A stretch of DNA of 52,348 nucleotides from Anaerovoracaceae bacterium (lineage in GTDB: Bacteria; Bacillota; Clostridia; Peptostreptococcales; Anaerovoracaceae). Under the pieces are notes generated by a model, which worked only from the letters and a program-made list of their open reading frames with translations, made no database searches and was not told where the DNA came from. Shown piece by piece: positions 19,270 through 26,542 of this stretch. The DNA lies in the NCBI GenBank assembly GCA_963590215.1, contig CAVAON010000003.1, positions 1-52,348 on the forward strand. The letters run 5' to 3'. The first letter of the stretch is position 1, and every line of letters begins with the position of its first letter. Both the position numbers and the translations under genes were made by a program.

Positions 19270-21690
19270 ATGATTGATTATCAGGGAATAGCAAATGCAC
19301 TTATTGCAGATTATAGCAGTATATATCTGGCAGAGCCGGAGAAGGACACAGGCAGCATTGTCAGAATGCTCGGCTATGAGGTTGAAGGCATCAAAGATGC
19401 TCCGGAGTTTTGCTATTCTGAAATGATTCTGAAGTATGCAAATAAGCGTGTTTACGAAAAAGACCGTCAATATTTCCTTGATCATTTAAAACGGGAGAAT
19501 ATAATCAGAGCCTTTGCAGACGGCAGAGAGAGAATGGAGCTTTACTACAGAGTAGTCGAAGCTGGCAAGGCGCATTACTACAGCGCGGAATATGTCAGGA
19601 TATCAGAGCCGGATGAACCTCTGAAGTTTATCGTGGGGTTTCGCAATACTGACTTTGTTATTTCTATGCAAAGAAACACACACCAAGAGGCTTTGTACAG
19701 CGCATACAGGGCTATTTCGGATATATTTCTCTCTTTGCATAGAGTGGATGTGAAGTTAAACAGGTTTATCACCATCAAAACTATAGACAGAATTTCAAAC
19801 CTGACAATCCCGGGGAATAACGAATTTGATGCAAATATGCGAAATGTCATTTCTCTTGCAGCTGAGGCAAACCGTGAAGAAGTATTGGAGTTTATGGACA
19901 GAAGTACTCTTAACGAGCGTATGGCAGGCAAAAGTCATATTTATATCGACTGCTGGGGGCATAATACAGGGATGCGCAGGCTTCATTTCATGAGAGAGGA
20001 TAATGACGCGGACGGGAATCTGTGGCATGTTATATTCGGCATAGAGGTGATGGATGCAAACAAGAATCAGTCAATATTCAATGCACTTTCACGCAATTTC
20101 AAAAATATATATCTGGTAAATCTTAATTCAGGTACGGCAAGAGTGCTAAAGCTCGAAGATGAGTATGATACAGGCAGGCTTGAGACGGTAGGAGAAGAGG
20201 ATTTTGCGTATGAGAGTATCTTGAATGAATGGATTGCCGATGCTGTACATCCTGATGATAGAGCAAGACTCAAAACAAGTCTCAGCGCCAAAAATCTCAG
20301 AGAGATATTTTCGAAGCAGGAGGAATATACAGGCAATTACCGAATGATTGTAGGTGGCAAAGTCATCAATTATCAGTTTAATATAATCAAGATGCGTGAT
20401 GTAGGGTTTGTTGTTGCAGGATTTCAGAATATAGACAGCATTATCAATGAGCATCTCAAAGAGGAAGAAGAGCAAAGGAAAAAAGAGCAGGAATATCAGC
20501 AGAAGCTTGTTGCAGCAGCAAAAGAGGCAGAGCGTGCAAACAAAGTGAAAACAGACTTTCTGCTTCGTATGAGCCATGATATACGCACACCGCTAAATGG
20601 CATTATCGGTATGATTGATATTGCAGACAGGTTTCCCGATGATGTTCAAAAACAGGACGAATGCAGACAAAAAACAAAATATTCAGCCAAGATACTTCTT
20701 GAACTCATAAACGAAGTCCTCGATATGAACAAACTCGAATCAGGCGAAGTTGTTTTGGAAAATATTCCTTTCGACCTGGCCGATATTACAGTGGAAAGCT
20801 ATTTTACCGTTGCCAAACAGGCACAGGAAAGAGGCATAGAAATCATAGAAGAAGAAACAGATGTTGTACATCGTCACCTTATAGGGAGCCCTGCACATCT
20901 AAAACGTCTTATCATGAATATCCTGGGCAATGCTATTAAATACAACAAAGATTTCGGCAAGATTTATATTTCGTGCAAAGAAATAGACTTTGATGGAAGT
21001 ACAGCAAAAATCAGATTCAGATGCCGTGACACAGGGATAGGTATGAGCGAGGAATTCCAAAAGCATATTTTTGAGCCTTTTTCACAGGAAAATGCAGATA
21101 CACGCACACATTACAGCGGTACAGGACTTGGCATGTCTATTGCCAGGAGCCTTGCAGAAAAAATGGGAGGCGAGCTTACCTTTGAAAGTACAAAAGATGT
21201 TGGCTCAACATTTGAATTTGTAATACCTTTCAGGGTGAATCTGTCAGCAGATTCTGAAGAAGCAAAAGAAGCAGCACAGGACAGCTACAGTATCAGTGGC
21301 ATGAACATAATATTGGCAGAGGATAATGAACTCAACATGGAAATTGCAGAATTTCTCCTCAAAGATGCAGGAGCAGATGTCATCAGAGCATGGAATGGCA
21401 AAGAGGCTGTGGATGCTTTTATGGATTCAAAGCCTGGAGATATTGATGCAATTATTATGGATGTTATGATGCCTGTTATGAACGGATATGAGGCTGCACG
21501 TATGATTAGGGGTGCTGATAGACCTGATGCAAAGAAAATCCCTATAATTGCGATGACTGCGAATGCATTTGTAGAAGACAAAATAGCCACACAAAATGCA
21601 GGCATGAATGAGCATATTTCAAAACCGATTAATACAAAGGAACTGATAAGGACTATTGCAAAGTTTGCAAAACAACCTGCAAACGGATGA
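19270..21690 (+). CDS. soluble hybrid sensor histidine kinase/response regulator
   Basis: HisKA H-box FLLRMSHDIRTPLNGI, HATPase N/G boxes (NAIKYN, GTGLGMSI) and a C-terminal REC domain (ILAEDNELN...DVMMPVMNG). No TM segments in the N-terminal region of about 430 aa. The ATG at 19270 has GGAGG 8 nt upstream (ORF track start 19255). Confidence 0.9.
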   Translation: MIDYQGIANALIADYSSIYLAEPEKDTGSIVRMLGYEVEGIKDAPEFCYSEMILKYANKRVYEKDRQYFLDHLKRENIIRAFADGRERMELYYRVVEAGKAHYYSAEYVRISEPDEPLKFIVGFRNTDFVISMQRNTHQEALYSAYRAISDIFLSLHRVDVKLNRFITIKTIDRISNLTIPGNNEFDANMRNVISLAAEANREEVLEFMDRSTLNERMAGKSHIYIDCWGHNTGMRRLHFMREDNDADGNLWHVIFGIEVMDANKNQSIFNALSRNFKNIYLVNLNSGTARVLKLEDEYDTGRLETVGEEDFAYESILNEWIADAVHPDDRARLKTSLSAKNLREIFSKQEEYTGNYRMIVGGKVINYQFNIIKMRDVGFVVAGFQNIDSIINEHLKEEEEQRKKEQEYQQKLVAAAKEAERANKVKTDFLLRMSHDIRTPLNGIIGMIDIADRFPDDVQKQDECRQKTKYSAKILLELINEVLDMNKLESGEVVLENIPFDLADITVESYFTVAKQAQERGIEIIEEETDVVHRHLIGSPAHLKRLIMNILGNAIKYNKDFGKIYISCKEIDFDGSTAKIRFRCRDTGIGMSEEFQKHIFEPFSQENADTRTHYSGTGLGMSIARSLAEKMGGELTFESTKDVGSTFEFVIPFRVNLSADSEEAKEAAQDSYSISGMNIILAEDNELNMEIAEFLLKDAGADVIRAWNGKEAVDAFMDSKPGDIDAIIMDVMMPVMNGYEAARMIRGADRPDAKKIPIIAMTANAFVEDKIATQNAGMNEHISKPINTKELIRTIAKFAKQPANG

Positions 21691-21753
21691 TTTGGATCTT
21701 TAGACATAAGCCCGAACGATAATTGGTCGGAATACATGATAAAAAATCAGCAC

Positions 21754-21782
21754 TTGTATTTTTTAAAAGGCAAGAGTATAAT
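21754..21782 (+). promoter_or_regulatory. sigma-A promoter in front of the tandem-repeat unit
   Basis: TTGTAT (21754-21759), 17-nt spacer, TATAAT (21777-21782). Confidence 0.55.
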
Positions 21783-21807
21783 ACAGGTAGAGAAGCAAGC
21801 GCTTCTT

Positions 21808-21972
21808 AATAGAGGTTACGAAGCCTACCAAAATCGTATTAATAGAGGTTACGAAGCCTACCAAAATCGTATTAATAGAGGTTACGAAGCCTACCAAAAT
21901 CGTATTAATAGAGGTTACGAAGCCTACCAAAATCGTATTAATAGAGGTTACGAAGCCTACCAAAATCGTATT
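21808..21972. repeat. perfect tandem direct repeat, 5 x 33 bp (AATAGAGGTTACGAAGCCTACCAAAATCGTATT)
   Basis: Units at 21808, 21841, 21874, 21907 and 21940 are identical. A partial sixth copy (AATA) runs into the terminator. Unit junctions create the palindrome TATTAATA. Confidence 0.97.
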
Positions 21973-21975
21973 AAT

Positions 21976-22004
21976 AAAGGAACAGGCTGTGCCTGTTCCT
22001 TTTG
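21976..22004. terminator. bidirectional intrinsic terminator
   Basis: AAAGGAACAGGC-TGT-GCCTGTTCCTTT stem with flanking A/T runs, located between convergent units. Confidence 0.8.
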
Positions 22005-22020
22005 CTATTAATGAAGCCCT

Positions 22021-22905
22021 CTAGAATATATCTTCTATTATCTTTTCCGGTGGCGTATCGAGTCTGTCAGGATGTCTGAGACAGCTTCTCAATATTTTGA
22101 GAGTGGATGCAAAATAGTATCCGTCACAAATACGTTCATCTGTTACTACAGTATAATCCACGTATTTTCTTTTGATCACCTGGCCGTTGTCATCTATTTC
22201 GTTAACGCTTTTTTTGGCACCAAATGAAATGAATACAGGCACATTTCCAAAGTTATACAGGTGATGATAAATTGGAGGTATCCCCAGTGAGCCCATGGAC
22301 GTTATAAACATGCTGCCGTGAAAAGGGCTGACATTGAGTAAAAATTTCGGAAGGAGTCCAAAATAGTCCAGAGTTTTGAGTAACCATATCGCAAATTTCT
22401 TGATGAGCCTCGGTATATAATTTATTATTTTGGCAGTATTGTCAAAATCGCTGTCAAGATCTCCGCCTTTGTTTTCATCTATTACTGCTTTCATTTTGTG
22501 ATACACATCCTCAGCGGTATCTGTAGGTTCAAACACAATTTTGACTACAGTATCCGGGGATTCCAGTGTCATTTCTTTTTTGACATTAATATTTATTTCT
22601 ATTCTGTTTCTGGAGTATACTCTCTGTCCTGAAACAAACCTGTTCACAGCAGGTCTTTGAGAGATACATCTTACATATGAGGCTACCATAACGTGCATTA
22701 TTCCAAAGCCTTTAAGACCTGATTTTCTCTTGCGACGTATGTATTCCTCTATTTTTGAAACCTCGATACTGTCTCTGATAAAATTGCTGGCATCATTTCT
22801 CTCCACCATTATAAATGGGGTGATTTTGTGCATAGGCGTAAGAGCCCTGACCAGTCTGCCGTCACCTCTGTCGCCCAGCCTTTTTTTGTATTTTTTTTCT
22901 GGCAT
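22021..22905 (-). CDS. 2-oxoacid dehydrogenase E2 / CAT-like acyltransferase catalytic-domain protein
   Basis: 294 aa. The C-terminal ...VVTDERICDGYYFAS aligns to the DHRxxDG active-site motif of E2/CAT-fold acyltransferases, with Glu in place of His. No lipoyl or E1/E3-binding domains. Confidence 0.5.
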   Translation of the reverse strand: MPEKKYKKRLGDRGDGRLVRALTPMHKITPFIMVERNDASNFIRDSIEVSKIEEYIRRKRKSGLKGFGIMHVMVASYVRCISQRPAVNRFVSGQRVYSRNRIEININVKKEMTLESPDTVVKIVFEPTDTAEDVYHKMKAVIDENKGGDLDSDFDNTAKIINYIPRLIKKFAIWLLKTLDYFGLLPKFLLNVSPFHGSMFITSMGSLGIPPIYHHLYNFGNVPVFISFGAKKSVNEIDDNGQVIKRKYVDYTVVTDERICDGYYFASTLKILRSCLRHPDRLDTPPEKIIEDIF

Positions 22906-23092
22906 AATAAATCCTTTCCGGATACAAATATGAGCCTCGGTAATGCGAGATTTGCCAGGGCAAGATGGAAAATGCCTGCAGAAATAACTGCGGCGTATGT
23001 AAAACCATAACTTCCGGCAAACACATGTACAACAGACCGTCAGCGTATCCGATGAAGCCGGTCTGAGGCATAAGTTAAAAATGTATATATAA

Positions 23093-23120
23093 ATAATACA
23101 ATATATCTGCCGTCTGTCAA
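23093..23120 (-). promoter_or_regulatory. sigma-A promoter for the E2-like gene (long leader)
   Basis: On the minus strand: TTGACA (23120-23115), 16-nt spacer, TATTAT (23098-23093). Implies a 5' UTR of about 180 nt. Confidence 0.55.
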
Positions 23121-23144
23121 CCGGAAAACAGCAAAAAACAACTA

Positions 23145-23173
23145 TTGACAGCAGCCTCCGGCAGCAATATAAT
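23145..23173 (+). promoter_or_regulatory. sigma-A promoter of the FMN riboswitch/ribU unit
   Basis: Consensus TTGACA (23145-23150), 17-nt spacer, TATAAT (23168-23173). Confidence 0.8.
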
Positions 23174-23185
23174 AAATATATAAAT

Positions 23186-23300
23186 AATCTGTTTCAGGGC
23201 GAGGTGCAATTCCTCACTGGCGGTAAAGTCCGCGAGCCTTCGGGTTGAACCGGTGAAACTCCGGTACCAACGGTTATAGTCCGGATGGAAGAAACTAGAG
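23186..23300 (+). promoter_or_regulatory. FMN riboswitch (RFN element)
   Basis: CAGGGCGAGGTGCAATTCCTCACTGGCGGTAAAGTCCGCGAGCC...CCGGTGAAACTCCGGTACCAACGGTTATAGTCCGGATGGAAGAAAC matches the conserved RFN core. Confidence 0.9.
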
Positions 23301-23317
23301 TTGTTTTAGTTTTTTGT

Positions 23318-23342
23318 GTGCCCCGAACATCGGGGCACTTTT
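23318..23342 (+). terminator. riboswitch-controlled terminator
   Basis: GTGCCCCG-AACAT-CGGGGCAC followed by TTTT. Confidence 0.85.
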
Positions 23343-23389
23343 AATGACCTGACAGATTCCCAAAAACCAAAAGAAAAGAGGAATCAAAA

Positions 23390-23926
23390 ATGAACAACAA
23401 AAAAACAGTAAGACTTGCAAAAATGGGTATGCTTGTTGCAATATCCGTAGTACTGGCGTATTTCGTCCACTTCCCTATAATTCCCGGGCTCAGTTTTCTG
23501 GAATATGACCCGGCGGACATTTCCATATTTATAGGAACATTCGCTTTCGGGCCTCTCGGAGGTATTGCACTTACAGTAGTTACAGCTTTAATACAGGGTG
23601 TTACAGTCAGTGCAGGCAGCGGAGCATATGGTATAATAATGCATATAATTGCAACAGGAACCTTTGTATTGGTCGCAGGTAATATTTACAGGACACACAA
23701 AACCAGAAAAGGAGCTATGATATCACTCGCAGCAGGTATTATTTCATGGGTTGTGATAATGTTCTTTGCAAACCTTGTAATCACGCCACTGTTTATGGGA
23801 GTTACAAGAGATGTAGTGATGGGTATGATGCCATTAATATTGTTATTTAATTTTATCAAGGCAGGAATAAACAGCGTTATTACATTCTTTCTTTACAAGA
23901 GAATTTCGGGATTTTTACACAAATGA
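23390..23926 (+). CDS. ribU: ECF-transporter S component, riboflavin-specific (RibU-like)
   Basis: 178-aa protein with about six TM segments (5-6 clear hydrophobic stretches), directly downstream of the FMN riboswitch. AAGAGGA RBS. Confidence 0.8.
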   Translation: MNNKKTVRLAKMGMLVAISVVLAYFVHFPIIPGLSFLEYDPADISIFIGTFAFGPLGGIALTVVTALIQGVTVSAGSGAYGIIMHIIATGTFVLVAGNIYRTHKTRKGAMISLAAGIISWVVIMFFANLVITPLFMGVTRDVVMGMMPLILLFNFIKAGINSVITFFLYKRISGFLHK

Positions 23927-24354
23927 TTATCAAAAGAGAACTTCTGATTAAAAACGAAAACGAAACAAGAGAATTTGCCCTTGAACTTGCACAGGAGTTT
24001 GAGGCAGGAGATGTGCTGGCTCTGATAGGAGATCTTGGAACAGGCAAAACGGCACTTACCGGATATATTGCACAGGGGCTTGGCATCAGAGACAGTATTG
24101 TATCTCCAACCTTTACAATCGTTCGTGAATATACTGATGGCAGGTTGCCGCTTTATCACTTTGATGTCTACAGACTTGCTGATTCGGAGGAGATGCTTTA
24201 TATTGGAGCCGAGGAGTATTTTTATGACAAAGGCGGCGTATGCGTGATAGAATGGGCGGATATTGTAGAGGATATACTTCCACCGGATACCAAATATATA
24301 TATATTGAATATGGAGCTTCAGAAGGAGAAAGAATATATAGATGTACATTTTAG
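23923..24354 (+). CDS. tsaE: tRNA t6A37 biosynthesis ATPase TsaE
   Basis: GDLGTGKT Walker A and SPTFTIV...HFDVYR motifs. ATGA overlap with the ribU stop. Confidence 0.9.
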   Translation: MIIKRELLIKNENETREFALELAQEFEAGDVLALIGDLGTGKTALTGYIAQGLGIRDSIVSPTFTIVREYTDGRLPLYHFDVYRLADSEEMLYIGAEEYFYDKGGVCVIEWADIVEDILPPDTKYIYIEYGASEGERIYRCTF

Positions 24355-25058
24355 CATTAGAAAGCACAGGGCAGCATGCTTCTGTAGCTTTGACAGATGA
24401 AAAAGGCAATATAGAGGAGATTATAAACCCGGGCAGGCTCAATCATCTTGAGACTATGGTTCCGATGATTGATGAGCTCATGCAAAAATGCAAACTGCAG
24501 TTAAGCGATATGACTGCAATTGCCGCTTCTATGGGGCCAGGTTCCTTTACGGGCATCAGAATAGGCGTTACAACAGCAAGGACGCTTGCACAGGCGCTTG
24601 ATATAGAAACCATAGGTGTTCCGACTCTTGATGCATTCTGCTACAATATGAAGGATTTCAGCGGAGTAATATGCCCTGTGTTTGATGCCAGAAGAAATCA
24701 GGTGTATGCAGGTGCGTTCAGATGGAACAAAGGAGATGTTGAGACAATTTCAAAGCCGGGTGCATATATGCTTGATGAATTCCTGGAGAGCCTATCGTTG
24801 AACCATATGCAGCATATGTTCTTTGGCGACGGACTTGGAGTTTATGGGGAGAGAATACTCGAAGCAGAGCCAGATGCTGTATTCGCACCTGAGCCTGTAA
24901 GACTTCAGAGAGCATCATCTGTTGCAGCTATGGCACTTGATATATATAATAGAGAGGGCACTCAGCCTTACGGTAACCTGCTACCGCTTTACATGCGCAA
25001 GGCTGAGGCGGAGCGCAAGCTGGAGGAAAAACTCAAAAATGAGCAGACCGGTAATTAG
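24342..25058 (+). CDS. tsaB: tRNA t6A37 biosynthesis protein TsaB
   Basis: ILALESTG...GPGSFTGIRIG motifs of YeaZ/TsaB. Confidence 0.9.
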   Translation: MYILALESTGQHASVALTDEKGNIEEIINPGRLNHLETMVPMIDELMQKCKLQLSDMTAIAASMGPGSFTGIRIGVTTARTLAQALDIETIGVPTLDAFCYNMKDFSGVICPVFDARRNQVYAGAFRWNKGDVETISKPGAYMLDEFLESLSLNHMQHMFFGDGLGVYGERILEAEPDAVFAPEPVRLQRASSVAAMALDIYNREGTQPYGNLLPLYMRKAEAERKLEEKLKNEQTGN

Positions 25059-25485
25059 GCAGGCTGTATTGCATGATGCGCAGCAGATGGCAGAGCTTGA
25101 CAAGATATGCTTCAGCATTCCGTGGAGCCTTGAATCATTCATGCAGGAACTTTCGTCAAACGAGAGAGCTTTGTATTTTGTGGCCGAGATAGATGGCAGT
25201 ATTGCAGGATATGCGGGTCTCTGGCAGATATTAGATGAAGGACATATCACAAATGTGGCTGTGGCACCAAAGCTGCGCAGGCAGGGGATTGCAACCTCGA
25301 TGCTGGAATCATTTCTTGCCGAGGGCAAAAGACGCGGCATCAGAGCCTTCACCCTTGAAGTCAGAGAATCCAATACAGCCGCACAGGAGCTTTACAGGAA
25401 ATTCGGATTTCAGAGTGCAGGATATAGACCGGGATATTATGAAGACAACAAAGAAGCTGCAATGATAATGTGGCTTTGCGATTAA
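25039..25485 (+). CDS. rimI: ribosomal-protein-alanine N-acetyltransferase
   Basis: GNAT motif [20 protein letters not shown]. The ATG at 25039 overlaps the tsaB end; the ORF track start at 24922 lies inside tsaB. Confidence 0.85.
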   Translation: MSRPVIRQAVLHDAQQMAELDKICFSIPWSLESFMQELSSNERALYFVAEIDGSIAGYAGLWQILDEGHITNVAVAPKLRRQGIATSMLESFLAEGKRRGIRAFTLEVRESNTAAQELYRKFGFQSAGYRPGYYEDNKEAAMIMWLCD

Positions 25486-25510
25486 TCGTTATTTGCATGG
25501 AGATGTTCAG

Positions 25511-26527
25511 ATGAAAAACAACAAAACAATAATTCTTGCAATCGAATCAAGCTGTGATGAGACATCTGTTGCAATTATGGCAGATGGCAGAGAAATACTT
25601 TCGAATATAATTTCGTCTCAGATTGAAATACATAAACTGTATGGCGGGGTGGTGCCTGAAATAGCATCAAGGCATCATCTTGAGAATATAAATGCTGTAA
25701 TAGAGCAGGCTATGACAGAAGCAGATATTACAAAAGATGATATAGATGCAATAGGCGTTACATATGGTCCGGGCCTTGTGGGAGCACTGCTTGTAGGTAT
25801 AGCTGCTGCAAAAGCGCTTGCTCTTGCCTGGAACAAACCTCTTATAGGGGTTCATCATATACAGGGCCATATTTCGGCTGCATACATAGAGCACAAAGAC
25901 CTCGAACCTCCATTTACAGCGCTTGTGGTTTCAGGTGGCCATACCAATATAGTTGAGGTTACTGACTACAACAGATGCAGAATACTTGGAAGCACCAGGG
26001 ATGATGCTGCAGGTGAAGCCTTTGACAAGGTTGCCAGAGTCATAGGCCTTGGTTATCCGGGAGGCCCCAAAATTGATAAACTCTCGGAGGAAGGCAATCC
26101 TGATGCTATAGAGTTCAAAAGAGTTTATCTTGAAAAAGGCAGTCTGGATTTTAGCTTCAGCGGCATCAAAACTGCAGTACTCAACTACGTAAATTCAGAA
26201 AAACAGGCAGGCAGAGATATTAACAGAGCTGATATTGCAGCAAGCTTTCAGCAGGCTGTCCTGGAGGTCATAGTAAACAAGGCAATCGAAGCTGCTGTAA
26301 CCTTGAACAAAGACAGACTGGTGATGGCAGGAGGAGTTGCATCAAACAGGCATCTGCGAAAGATGCTCGAAATGGCATGCAATGAAAAAGGCATCAGACT
26401 GTACTGCCCTTCTCCGGTGCTTTGTACAGATAATGCAGCTATGATCGGCACAGCAGCTTATTACAAATACAAGGCGGGAGAAACAGACGGGCTTAACCTT
26501 GATGCTTTTCCGAATCTTCCCCTGTAG
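25511..26527 (+). CDS. tsaD: tRNA N6-adenosine threonylcarbamoyltransferase TsaD
   Basis: [12 protein letters not shown]...ASRHH...[11 protein letters not shown]...HHIQGH motifs. The ATG at 25511 has GGAG 8 nt upstream (ORF track TTG at 25493). Confidence 0.95.
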   Translation: MKNNKTIILAIESSCDETSVAIMADGREILSNIISSQIEIHKLYGGVVPEIASRHHLENINAVIEQAMTEADITKDDIDAIGVTYGPGLVGALLVGIAAAKALALAWNKPLIGVHHIQGHISAAYIEHKDLEPPFTALVVSGGHTNIVEVTDYNRCRILGSTRDDAAGEAFDKVARVIGLGYPGGPKIDKLSEEGNPDAIEFKRVYLEKGSLDFSFSGIKTAVLNYVNSEKQAGRDINRADIAASFQQAVLEVIVNKAIEAAVTLNKDRLVMAGGVASNRHLRKMLEMACNEKGIRLYCPSPVLCTDNAAMIGTAAYYKYKAGETDGLNLDAFPNLPL

Positions 26528-26542
26528 TCAAAGGAAATGCAA

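Larger units (their letters stand above)
21789..22004 (+). ncRNA. candidate ~215-nt non-coding RNA made of five 33-nt repeats
   Basis: Predicted TSS about 21789. A 5' hairpin AGAAGC-AAGC-GCTTCT (21791-21806) is followed by five perfect 33-nt units and an intrinsic terminator (21976-22004). No ATG/GTG/TTG occurs inside the repeat unit. Confidence 0.4.

Noticed and set aside
21808-21972. Possible CRISPR array, given regularly spaced identical 33-bp units.
   Set aside because: The units are directly adjacent with no spacers. There are no cas genes in the window. It is a simple tandem repeat.
21736-22011. 91-aa ORF encoding five copies of NRGYEAYQNRI.
   Set aside because: No RBS precedes the ATG. 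The ATG lies upstream of the best promoter's predicted TSS. The ORF runs through an intrinsic terminator hairpin. The perfect DNA-level identity is more consistent with a non-coding repeat. Coding is not fully excluded.
22862-23071. 69-aa ORF in the leader of the E2-like gene, as a possible upstream peptide.
   Set aside because: There is no Shine-Dalgarno sequence. It overlaps the real start codon out of frame, and its composition is unremarkable.
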